DNA of 64,000 nucleotides from Candidatus Berkelbacteria bacterium RIFCSPLOWO2_01_FULL_50_28 (lineage in GTDB: Bacteria; Patescibacteriota; UBA1384; 2-12-FULL-50-11): assembly GCA_001774395.1 (NCBI GenBank), contig MEZX01000002.1:402108-466107 (forward strand), written 5' to 3'. Numbering within the stretch: the first letter of the stretch is position 1; every line of letters begins with the position of its first letter. The position numbers and the translations under genes are program-made. Positions 9,999 to 18,680 of this stretch are shown in pieces. Under the pieces are notes generated by a model, which saw nothing but the letters and a program-made list of their open reading frames with translations, was not told the DNA's origin and did not search any database.

Positions 9999-11171
9999 AT
10001 GAAGGAGTTAACACGAGATTTGTTATCGGTTGGGGTCGCAGAGCTTATCGATAAGACGAGCCTGGCAAAACGTTTAGCGAGCGGCAAGAAATTGATCGTT
10101 AAGTTTGGCGTCGATCCGACCAAACCCGACCTTCACTTCGGTCACGCGCTCAATCTTCACAAGCTACGACAGTTCCAAGAGCTTGGCCACGAGACGATCC
10201 TACTGATCGGTGATTTTACGACTAAAATCGGTGACCCTTCCGGTCGCAATAGCGCCCGACCAATTTTGACCGATCGTGAGATTAAATCCAATCTCAAAAC
10301 CTATATTGAGCAAGCTAAACTAATTATTGATCCTAAAAAGACGAAGATTCGCTTTAACTCAGAGTGGCTCTCTAAGTACTCTTACGCTGATTTTATTCAA
10401 GTGGCCATGCAAATTAGCGTTCAAACACTGCTCGAGCGAGAGGATTTTTCCGCTAGGATGACAGGCGGTCACTCCTTGGCACTTCATGAGCTTTTTTACC
10501 CAGTTACTCAGGCCATCGACTCGGTGGTCATGAAGGCCGATGTGGAGATCGGTGGCTGGGATCAGCGTCTAAATATGCTGATGGGTCGTGAACTCCAGAA
10601 AAAGTCTGGCCAATTGCCTCAAGAAGTTGTGGCGATGAAAGCCTTGATTGGCTTAGACGGTGAGCAAAAGATGAGCAAATCTCTGGGTAATTACGTGGGG
10701 TTAGCCGAATCACCAGATCAAATGTTTGGCAAACTAATGAGTATTCCCGATAATCTTACGGACCAATACGCAGATTTAGTAGCATTTCTCGATCCAAACG
10801 AAATTAAAACCCTTCCAGAGCATCCACGAGACCGCAAACAGGAAGTTGCTAAGAAGATTATCGAACGTTATCATGGCGTCTCGGCGGCCAACCAAGCAGC
10901 GGAATCATTTAAAGAAACGTTCCAAAATCGCCGGGTGACCGATAATATCGCCGCCGAGCAGAGTTATAGCGAAGGAAAGGTGGCATTGATTCAAGCGGTT
11001 GTTGACGCAGTTGGGTGTAGCCGTTCGCACGCGGTGCGGTTAGTAGAGCAGGGGGCGATTGAATTAGATGGCGAGCGTCAGACAAGCCCAACCGAACAAA
11101 TCGAACTCAGTAAGCAACGGTTGCTGAAGGTTGGTAAGCACACTTTTCGCCGCCTATCACGCCGACGTTAA
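9999..11171 (+). CDS. tyrS: Tyrosine--tRNA ligase
   Basis: GVDPT..DLHFGH, GGWDQ, KMSKS and an S4-like C-terminus; start could also be 9987. Confidence 0.96.
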   Translation: MKELTRDLLSVGVAELIDKTSLAKRLASGKKLIVKFGVDPTKPDLHFGHALNLHKLRQFQELGHETILLIGDFTTKIGDPSGRNSARPILTDREIKSNLKTYIEQAKLIIDPKKTKIRFNSEWLSKYSYADFIQVAMQISVQTLLEREDFSARMTGGHSLALHELFYPVTQAIDSVVMKADVEIGGWDQRLNMLMGRELQKKSGQLPQEVVAMKALIGLDGEQKMSKSLGNYVGLAESPDQMFGKLMSIPDNLTDQYADLVAFLDPNEIKTLPEHPRDRKQEVAKKIIERYHGVSAANQAAESFKETFQNRRVTDNIAAEQSYSEGKVALIQAVVDAVGCSRSHAVRLVEQGAIELDGERQTSPTEQIELSKQRLLKVGKHTFRRLSRRR

Positions 11172-11206
11172 TTGCTTAATTCGGCTAATTTTTCCACAAT
11201 ATAAAT

Positions 11207-11746
11207 ATGAAGAAAGGTTTTACTCTTTTAGAGGCGTTGGTGGTGGTGGCTATAATTGGCATCTTAGCCAGCTTATCGATGTATGTATTTACTCAGGCCA
11301 GACGCGCCGCGCGCGATACGATCAGGAAATCTGATCTGACGTCGTTAAGTATTGCCTTTCGGGCTCGGCACGACGTCAAAACTTGCGATGACTTAAGCGA
11401 CATCGGTTACTATCCTGGCCGGCCGATATTTGGTGGCAACCTCTCCCAGTGGCTACCGGTGACCGATCTTACCAACAACGTCAACGACTGCGGCGCTTTT
11501 AGCGAATTTATGACCACAATTCCGACCGATCCTACCCAAGGCGCAACCCATCCCTACGTCTTTAACCTATCTCAACAGCCACCAACAGGTGTAATTAAAG
11601 CCAAACACTTTAGGATTACTGCTCGTCTGGAGAAGACGTCCTCTTCCCAAGAGCTCGACGATTTTGCTAGAATGAGTACGATTTGGGTCAGTACCTACGG
11701 CGGCGTGTCTTACCCGGAAGGGTATAATTTCGTTATTGGCGACTAA
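11207..11746 (+). CDS. Orphan type IV pilin-like protein
   Basis: MKKG/FTLLE prepilin motif, hydrophobic helix, ARDTIRKSDL, IPTDP. Confidence 0.88.
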   Translation: MKKGFTLLEALVVVAIIGILASLSMYVFTQARRAARDTIRKSDLTSLSIAFRARHDVKTCDDLSDIGYYPGRPIFGGNLSQWLPVTDLTNNVNDCGAFSEFMTTIPTDPTQGATHPYVFNLSQQPPTGVIKAKHFRITARLEKTSSSQELDDFARMSTIWVSTYGGVSYPEGYNFVIGD

Positions 11747-11845
11747 CCGCTACCTAAGTCACCAGCAGTTGCATAATTATAGGAGTATTAGTAGAAGTAA
11801 AATGGGTTTTGAATTCGGAATATCGTTTGTGAATGGAGGTATGAG

Positions 11846-13444
11846 ATGATTTTTGGTGAGCTTCATCAAACTATACGTCAGGCGTATCGGAAAGCTTTTA
11901 GCGCCGAACCGCCACGTTTTGTAATTGAGCCGGCCCGTCACAAAATGTTCGGCGATTTTTCGTCGAACGTTGCCTTGCTCTGTGCTGCCCAACAAGGCGG
12001 TTCGGCGGTAGCGATCGCTCAAAAAATAGTCCAAGAGCTAGAAGGCTCAAAAATTTTTCGTAACGTCTCGGTAACTACGCCAGGATTCATTAATTTTACG
12101 ATTACCGATAGCCATCTTTTGGAAGTAGTGGGCGAGATAATCCGTTATCCGGAAGCTTTTGGACGTAGTGATTTGGGCAAGGAAATTCGCGTCTTAATCG
12201 AGTTTGTCTCTGCTAATCCAACGGGTCCGCTGACGTTATCTAACGGACGGGAAGCGTTTGTTGGTGAAACAATTGCCCGAGTCCTGGAGCTCTACGGCTG
12301 TGCTGTGGCTCGCGAGTATTTCGTCAGCGATCGTGGCGACCAGATAACTTCTTTGGGGCACGCTGTGCTTAAAGACAAGCCATCAGAGTTTAAGGGTGCT
12401 TATATCAACGAACTATCTAAGCGGATTAAAGAAACCAAGCCAGACGAAGCGGGCGGCAAAGCCGCAGTGATGATTCTCGAGGAGTCGATAAAGCCCACGT
12501 TGAAAAAAGCTGGGATCGATTTTCGTCAGTTCTTTTCGGAAAGGTCACTTTACCAAACGGGGGTATTCAAGCGGACCCTAGAGCTACTGAAGGTTAAGGG
12601 GCTTGTTTACGAAGCCGAAGGAGCAACTTGGCTCTCAACAACCAGATACGGCGACAGCGAAGATCGGGTACTCATCTCGGCCGCTGGCGTGGAGACCTAT
12701 TTTGCTTCTGACATTGCCTACCATTCCTTCAAACTGCAACGCGGTTACCACCGGCTGATAAATGTGTCGGGCGTCGAGGGCGCAACTTTTAGCAAGCAGT
12801 TGAATTTAGTGCTTGAGGGAGTTCTTCGAGGGGAGTACACCTGGGGTGGCCAAGTTGATTGGGCAATCACACAGCCGGTGAGCTTGGTGCAAAAGGGCCA
12901 AGCGGTCAAGCCGTCAAAACTTACCGGAACATATCTGACCCTACAAGAGGTTATCGAGGCGGTGGGATTAGATGTGGCGCGGTTTTTCTTAATCAGTCGC
13001 GATATCACGACGCCGCTAGAAATCGACCTAGACGTCGCGAAATCAAATTCGTTAAGCAACCCGGTATTTTATCTTCAATACGCTTACGCTCGCATATCTT
13101 CAATCTTCCGTGAGTACTCAAAAAATGGAGAGTTTGCCGTTCCCGAAACAATTGTCCTGACGCATCCAATTGAGCGACAGCTGTTACTGAGAATTTTGCA
13201 GTTTCCCGATTTAGTGGAAGAAGTTGTTGGAGATCTCATGGTGCACAAGTTGGCCAACTACGCCACCTTGCTGGCAACCGATCTCCACTCGTTCTATGAG
13301 AATTTGAAGATTGTCGGTGAACGGCCGGAGGTGACGCTGTCGCGTTTGGCAATCCTGAAGGCATCAAGTATTACGCTGAAGCGGGTGTTGGATCTTACCG
13401 GCATTAGCGCTCCATCGCGGATGATGCGCTCTCCTAAAGCTTGA
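11846..13444 (+). CDS. argS: Arginine--tRNA ligase-like protein with degenerate motifs
   Basis: FGDFSSNVA, GFINF, EFVSANPTGPL, YFASDIAYH, NPVFYLQYAYARISSI, C-terminal APSRM. Confidence 0.85.
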   Translation: MIFGELHQTIRQAYRKAFSAEPPRFVIEPARHKMFGDFSSNVALLCAAQQGGSAVAIAQKIVQELEGSKIFRNVSVTTPGFINFTITDSHLLEVVGEIIRYPEAFGRSDLGKEIRVLIEFVSANPTGPLTLSNGREAFVGETIARVLELYGCAVAREYFVSDRGDQITSLGHAVLKDKPSEFKGAYINELSKRIKETKPDEAGGKAAVMILEESIKPTLKKAGIDFRQFFSERSLYQTGVFKRTLELLKVKGLVYEAEGATWLSTTRYGDSEDRVLISAAGVETYFASDIAYHSFKLQRGYHRLINVSGVEGATFSKQLNLVLEGVLRGEYTWGGQVDWAITQPVSLVQKGQAVKPSKLTGTYLTLQEVIEAVGLDVARFFLISRDITTPLEIDLDVAKSNSLSNPVFYLQYAYARISSIFREYSKNGEFAVPETIVLTHPIERQLLLRILQFPDLVEEVVGDLMVHKLANYATLLATDLHSFYENLKIVGERPEVTLSRLAILKASSITLKRVLDLTGISAPSRMMRSPKA

Positions 13445-15275
13445 AGTTAAAACTGAACAGTTGTTTATCGCTGGTGAACCAAAGCGTACTATTGGCTTTC
13501 CACGCAATCTCGTCGATCGGCTCGTCGAGGGCAAGATAGAATGTTTTGATAATTTTGTTGTGGCGCAGAACCAGAATTGTCCTCCCGTTACTGACATAAA
13601 TATCGGTCGTGGTTTGGTCGGCCGTCAGACGTGATCTTGATGAGGCGTTTTTTATTTTGGCGTTGACGCTTCCGGATTGATTGTAGCGAAAGCTCTTTAT
13701 ACTGCCCGATTGTTCGAGGACGATCACCTCCCCGTTTATTGCCCAAGCAACGATCTTTTTCAGACCTAGCGTTGAGGCGTTCGAATATGAAGTGAGCGTA
13801 TTCAAACTCTTAATGAATTTCGCGGCTTTGAAGATATTGCCGGTCGGAACGTCCAGTAGGTATAAATTGTCGGCAAAATTCAACAGTAACTTTTTTCCAT
13901 TTGGCACACTCTGCGGCATCAACAAGGCGCGCGGCGTGATAGATTTTTTCTTCTTTAACCAAACGTTGCCGCTACTGTCGCCGAGAACCAGATCCTCGCC
14001 AAACCAGACAGCGCTCGTGCCACCGGTGATGTTTCGATTAAGCTCAATTTTTGCTAACAGTTTGTCTTTGTAACGCCAGACCGTTCCGCTTTGATCGATT
14101 AAAGTTAGTTGATCTTTTGTGGCACTCAATGAAACTGCGCTCGACGCCAGCTCGGCGGTCGGATCGCCTGGCTCAATCAAGGTGATTTTTGCTTCCGCCA
14201 GGGCCTTACTGAGCGACTTTTTTTCTACCTGGTCCAGTTTTTCGTAGCCAGCGACGGAGAAACGCTTCTCGAAATCTACTAAGCGACTTTCTTTTGGACT
14301 ATCTTGAGTAAAATCCAACAGGGTCTTGGGCGCAGGACCGGTATCCAGACTTTTCTTCAATCGTTTTTCAACGAGTACTACCCCAAAGATGATAGCTACG
14401 ACGAGGGCTAGGGCTGGTAGGGCAGTGAACCACTTCCAACCCAGGCGCAGACGAATGGACGGAGTCTTGGGCGGTCGGATTGTGCCCACTTTTAGCCAGT
14501 AACGACGAGTTATCGGTTCGGCCCGATGCAAGAGAAGCCGTAGTTTAGCCAGTATGGGCGAAATTTTGAAAGAAATTGGGGGGATTCGTAACTGTTTTGA
14601 AGCTTGTCGAACAACCGGCAGAAAAGATCGCTGATCTGGATTATTACTCGGAGAGAGTAGACAGCCCGATACCAACTCAAAGGAGCTGACAGGGAGGCTC
14701 TCTAGTCCAGCGAGTAAGGCGTCAGTGTTGCCGGAAGGGCGCCAAACCGAAGCGGGCAATTCGTCTATGAGGTCCTCTAAGTCTTGGGACCCAACAATTA
14801 GCCAGTCATCTTTGATAATTTTACCGCTGGAGATAGCGGTGAACTGGATTTTCCGCTTAGAAGTTGGCTTGAAAATTACATTTACTTTGCCATCGCGACA
14901 GAGCAGCGCTCGGCATTCCCCGGCGGCGGAAAAGTGGACAGTTTCGCCCTCCAAGACAGCCACAAAAATTGACAGCTCGGCGTCGGGCTTGTTGGCCAAA
15001 CTATCAAGAAGCCCGTTCGCCGATTTGAGTGCGGTCTCAAAACGGGTGGAGCTCGACAGACCTTCGTTGCGTGAAAGATCGGTTTCGATCTTGTGGATAG
15101 CGGCCGCCACTTCTTCTCTCTCAGCCAACGGCAAGCCGACAATATCGAGGTAAGTGATCAAACCTCTCATAACCGTTGTTCGGGGAATTATTTCAACTTT
15201 TGCTACGACCGTTCTGTCGTTAGAGCCGGTCGGGCCGGGAAGCAAGATAAAGCTGTAGGGGAGTTGTTGATGCAT
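13434..15275 (-). CDS. Membrane protein: PP2C-like N-terminal domain, one TM, extracellular beta-propeller-like domain
   Basis: 613-aa ORF; N-terminal fold resembles a phosphatase without clear catalytic Asp; TM near aa 285-303; beta-rich C-terminus. Confidence 0.6.
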   Translation of the reverse strand: MHQQLPYSFILLPGPTGSNDRTVVAKVEIIPRTTVMRGLITYLDIVGLPLAEREEVAAAIHKIETDLSRNEGLSSSTRFETALKSANGLLDSLANKPDAELSIFVAVLEGETVHFSAAGECRALLCRDGKVNVIFKPTSKRKIQFTAISSGKIIKDDWLIVGSQDLEDLIDELPASVWRPSGNTDALLAGLESLPVSSFELVSGCLLSPSNNPDQRSFLPVVRQASKQLRIPPISFKISPILAKLRLLLHRAEPITRRYWLKVGTIRPPKTPSIRLRLGWKWFTALPALALVVAIIFGVVLVEKRLKKSLDTGPAPKTLLDFTQDSPKESRLVDFEKRFSVAGYEKLDQVEKKSLSKALAEAKITLIEPGDPTAELASSAVSLSATKDQLTLIDQSGTVWRYKDKLLAKIELNRNITGGTSAVWFGEDLVLGDSSGNVWLKKKKSITPRALLMPQSVPNGKKLLLNFADNLYLLDVPTGNIFKAAKFIKSLNTLTSYSNASTLGLKKIVAWAINGEVIVLEQSGSIKSFRYNQSGSVNAKIKNASSRSRLTADQTTTDIYVSNGRTILVLRHNKIIKTFYLALDEPIDEIAWKANSTLWFTSDKQLFSFNFKL

Positions 15276-15326
15276 AGAAACTTCTTAGTTCCTTTTAACA
15301 CACTTACCCTTTCTAAGTAAAAATTG

Positions 15327-15399
15327 TCGGGGTGGCGGGACTTGAACCCACGGTCTCATGACCCCCAGCCATGCGCTTTACCAACTAAGCTACACCCCG
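15327..15399 (-). tRNA. tRNA-Pro(GGG)
   Basis: Reverse complement CGGGGTGTAGCTTAGTTGGTAAAGCGCATGGCTGGGGGTCATGAGACCGTGGGTTCAAGTCCCGCCACCCCGA folds as a cloverleaf. Confidence 0.95.
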
Positions 15400-15444
15400 A
15401 TAAGTGTTAATTTTAGCTTTTGCCCGGGTTAAAACAAGTCAGCG

Positions 15445-16077
15445 CTATATTGAAAGAAAAAGTCGCGTCAGATACTCGGTTGCCGAGAGGAGATAATTTC
15501 CAAGAAAACCGATGACCAGGAAGATTGCCGCAAACAGAAAAAGGGGATTGGAGGCCAGCGCGTAATAGAGCCTCTCACTCATAAAAAGCCGCAAGATCCT
15601 CGAGCCGTCTAGCGGCGGAATGGGCAGAAGGTTGAAAAACATCAGGAAGAGATTGATCGAGATAGCAATAACTAGCATCCCCACGCCAACGTCTGGCAGA
15701 TGAGTAAATTTTAATACTAGTGCTAGGAGAAGGGCAAAGATGAAATTACTCATCGGACCGGCGATAGCCGTTTGCAAACCGTGCCAGCGCGGGTTTTCGA
15801 AGTTCGACTCGTTAATTGGCACCGGCTTGCCCCAACCAAAAATAGGCAGCGTTGCCAGCCCGAGGGTATTGAGGGCAATTAAAACAACAAGGATTGTTGT
15901 GCCGATCGGATCCCAGTGGGCAGCTGGATTAATAGTTAGCCGCCCTTCATGTTTAGCTGTCGGGTCGCCAAACAAGTTGGCAATAAAAGCGTGAGCGAAT
16001 TCATGAACAGACAAACTTATTAAGATTATCGCAATCAGCACGACCGTAAGTAACAGGCTGGACCCTTGAATAGCCAT
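15445..16077 (-). CDS. Site-2 protease (M50 family)
   Basis: HEFAH, GDPTAK..GRLTINP, AGPMSN, FNLLPIPPLDG. Confidence 0.95.
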   Translation of the reverse strand: MAIQGSSLLLTVVLIAIILISLSVHEFAHAFIANLFGDPTAKHEGRLTINPAAHWDPIGTTILVVLIALNTLGLATLPIFGWGKPVPINESNFENPRWHGLQTAIAGPMSNFIFALLLALVLKFTHLPDVGVGMLVIAISINLFLMFFNLLPIPPLDGSRILRLFMSERLYYALASNPLFLFAAIFLVIGFLGNYLLSATEYLTRLFLSI

Positions 16078-16126
16078 ATTTTTCAGTATATGATTAATCA
16101 GTCGCAATTCAAGGCGATATTAAACA

Positions 16127-16306
16127 ATGAAAAAAATCGATTCCTGCCAGCTATGCGGAAAATCACCTCAGGTTAGTTATAACCGCCCTAAATCTTTGCA
16201 CCGGACTAGTCGTTTGGTAAAACCGAATTTACAGAAATTCGACGGCGTTTTGATCTGCTCACGCTGCCGAAGAACTTTGGCGAAGAAAACTCCAGCGAAA
16301 GCCTGA
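16127..16306 (+). CDS. rpmB: 50S ribosomal protein L28 (zinc-binding type)
   Basis: 59-aa ORF absent from the track: MKKIDSCQLCGKSPQVSYNRPKSLHRTSRLVKPNLQKFDGVLICSRCRRTL. Confidence 0.9.
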   Translation: MKKIDSCQLCGKSPQVSYNRPKSLHRTSRLVKPNLQKFDGVLICSRCRRTLAKKTPAKA

Positions 16307-16444
16307 AGTTTTATTCGCAATCATCAAATAACCCAATCTCCGAATCACCGAAGGATTACTAAGTATCCGAATTTCCTAATAATCTATTCGATTATTAGAT
16401 TATTTGAAGATTAGATGATTATTTAATCGCTTTGCTGTTTAAAT

Positions 16445-16732
16445 TTAGACTGGTTGAAGAAACTTCTTTTCGAAACAATTTTTGCAGAAGATTTCTGTTT
16501 CCGGATTGTTGGGCTTGAACAGTACTTCACCTACCTGCTTGCACTGGGCGCAAGTAACCTTATAGTACTCAGCTTCAACTTTAGTCCGGTTTTTTAACCG
16601 ACAGTCCTTACAACGAGCTGGCTTGTTGGTGAAACCTTTTTTGGAGAAAAACTCCTGTTCACCGGCGGTCCAAGTGAACTCTGCTGTGCAGTCCTTGCAC
16701 TTCAATTTTTTGTCTTCAAAGATGGATGCCAT
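16445..16732 (-). CDS. Zinc-ribbon / CxxC-x17-CxxC domain protein
   Basis: FEDKKLKCKDC..FTWTAGEQEFF..KGF...PARCKDCR plus CAQC...CKNCF. Confidence 0.88.
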   Translation of the reverse strand: MASIFEDKKLKCKDCTAEFTWTAGEQEFFSKKGFTNKPARCKDCRLKNRTKVEAEYYKVTCAQCKQVGEVLFKPNNPETEIFCKNCFEKKFLQPV

Positions 16733-16819
16733 CTGTTGGATGGTAACAGAGCGAGTAGCGAAAGACAAGCACTAAAGTGGTCTGGCTACTGAGGCGGAAA
16801 ACGATTAATATTCCAAGCG

Positions 16820-17419
16820 ATGCTTGAAAGTAAAGCCTACCTTGTTAGAGAGACGCTGAATAACCTGCTGGCTCGGTTGAAGAGCGTGGCTCAGATCGAT
16901 CGGCTGACTATTGATGGTGCGACGATTAAAGTTGGTGAGCTACGTTTGATTATCGCGCAGGTTTCCCAACGGTCGTTGGGAGATAGGCGAGTGTTGATTA
17001 TAGAGCGAGCCGAAGAGCTAGACGAGATCTGTCAGAGTACTTTACTAAAACTGCTTGAAGAACCGAACGAATCGTTGGCGATTTTCTTGCTTGTCTCCAA
17101 CCCCTCAAAGCTTCTCCCGACGATTACTTCCCGGTTGCACCAACTCGACGCGGAAAGCTCTGCGGCCATCCTCCAGAACGGTGAACGGCTGCAATCGAGC
17201 CCGCAAGAATTAGAGAGGCAGCTGGCGGCCTGTTCGTCGCGTGAGACGTTAATCGAGTTACTATCTAGCGAGCTGGAGAGCCAGCGACACGAGCTGCTGA
17301 GTTCGTACAATGCTCAAGCGCCGCAGCGAATAGAGACTCTAACCAAGGTAATAACTCGGTTGAAAAATAACGCAAATTTGAAGCTGACAGTAGACTATCT
17401 GAGGTTAAACTGGCATTAA
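16820..17419 (+). CDS. holB: DNA polymerase III delta-prime-like (short form)
   Basis: IIERAEEL...QSTLLKLLEEP...LLPTITSR clamp-loader motifs. Confidence 0.75.
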   Translation: MLESKAYLVRETLNNLLARLKSVAQIDRLTIDGATIKVGELRLIIAQVSQRSLGDRRVLIIERAEELDEICQSTLLKLLEEPNESLAIFLLVSNPSKLLPTITSRLHQLDAESSAAILQNGERLQSSPQELERQLAACSSRETLIELLSSELESQRHELLSSYNAQAPQRIETLTKVITRLKNNANLKLTVDYLRLNWH

Positions 17420-17483
17420 TCGCTCGAAGCTGTAATAATTACCGCTCTTGCACTGGTTGGGCAGTTAATATAATAAGGAGACA

Positions 17484-18119
17484 ATGCTTGCTCAAATAAT
17501 TTTCTTTCTCGCCTTAGCCCTCCTCGTAGTTCTTATCCTTCGCCGCGCCAACTTGTCGGCGGCATGGATGGAACAGCTGGCATCTCTGGCAATACGGTTC
17601 GGCCAGTTACTAGTTAAATTCGGAGCAAAAACCGGCAACCTGGTCGCGCAACGCGCCCGTCGGGCAACTGGTTTCCAGCGTCTCGGGGACGATAGAGCCA
17701 AACCAGCCGAGGCAAAGATTCCCGCGAACGGTTTCTGGCAGGAAGAAAGTCTGGACGAAAAGCCAGAGCTCTTCTCCAATTTTGACGAAGGCGATGCTCT
17801 TTTCAAGGCTGAAAAATACCAAGAAGCAGAGCGTTTTTTCCTCAAGGCGGCCGCGGCCAAGCCGAGCGATCCGCGAATTTACGCCCGTCTTGGGGTGATC
17901 TATCTTCACGAGAAGAATTACAATGACGCGATCGAATCACTGAAAGTCGCGGTCAAGCTGGATAAGTACAATCCCGGCCGTCATTATAATTTGTCGCTCG
18001 CTTACTGGGGTAACAAGGACAAACAAAAGGCTATTGCCAGTGTTCGCGAAGCGATCTCACTCGACCCGGTGACAGCTAAATACCGCCAATTCCTTGAGCA
18101 ACTGCTCGAAAGCAAGTAA
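17484..18119 (+). CDS. Membrane-anchored TPR protein
   Basis: N-terminal TM and about three TPR repeats. Confidence 0.85.
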   Translation: MLAQIIFFLALALLVVLILRRANLSAAWMEQLASLAIRFGQLLVKFGAKTGNLVAQRARRATGFQRLGDDRAKPAEAKIPANGFWQEESLDEKPELFSNFDEGDALFKAEKYQEAERFFLKAAAAKPSDPRIYARLGVIYLHEKNYNDAIESLKVAVKLDKYNPGRHYNLSLAYWGNKDKQKAIASVREAISLDPVTAKYRQFLEQLLESK

Positions 18120-18297
18120 GGCCTTCGGGCAGCGAACGGCTCGCAACGACTTTGTCGTTGCTAACGGCTGTCAGCTTTCAGCTAGTTCCGGGGCGTGATC
18201 TAATTTGCCGAGAGTTGATAGCTGTCAAATCAAGAGCTAAAATGACAGCTTTCGGCTAGATTGCCTAGACAAAGAATGGTAAAATTTGATGGTTAAT

Positions 18298-18369
18298 GCC
18301 GCCTTAGCTCAGTGGTAGAGCAGTTGCTTTGTAAGCATCAGGTCGTCGGTCCGAATCCGACAGGCGGCT
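18298..18369 (+). tRNA. tRNA-Thr(TGT)
   Basis: GCCGCCT/AGGCGGC acceptor stem, anticodon loop TTTGTAA; T-loop variant TCCGAAT. Confidence 0.92.
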
Positions 18370-18392
18370 CGGCACATTATTATGGAAGATTT

Positions 18393-18475
18393 GCTGGGGT
18401 ACTCAAGTGGTCAACGAGGGCAGACTGTAAATCTGCTGGCTCCGGCCTTCGTAGGTTCGAATCCTACCCCCAGCA
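18393..18475 (+). tRNA. tRNA-Tyr(GTA)
   Basis: GCTGGGG/CCCCAGC stem, CTGTAAA loop, long variable arm, TTCGAAT. Confidence 0.95.
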
Positions 18476-18621
18476 CTAATTCCAGTTTGGCACTTGTGCC
18501 AATGTGGAATTAGTATTGAGGGTCGAACCGCTGCCGCAAGGCAGGAGGTGCGCTAGCGACGAAGCGCAAGCGAAGGAGCTTTCCGGAGCCCGAAGGGCGG
18601 AGGCTTCCTACCCTCAGCACT
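18476..18621. repeat. Structured element made of inverted and direct copies of the tRNA-Tyr 3' end
   Basis: 18505-18529 is an inverted copy of the tRNA 3' end plus trailer; 18606-18621 TCCTACCCTCAGCACT is a direct copy (15/16); GC-rich hairpins lie between. Confidence 0.8.
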
Positions 18622-18680
18622 TCTTGACCACCATTGACTACCAATAGAGCTTCGTACTAATATGTAGTAGGGTAACCAAT

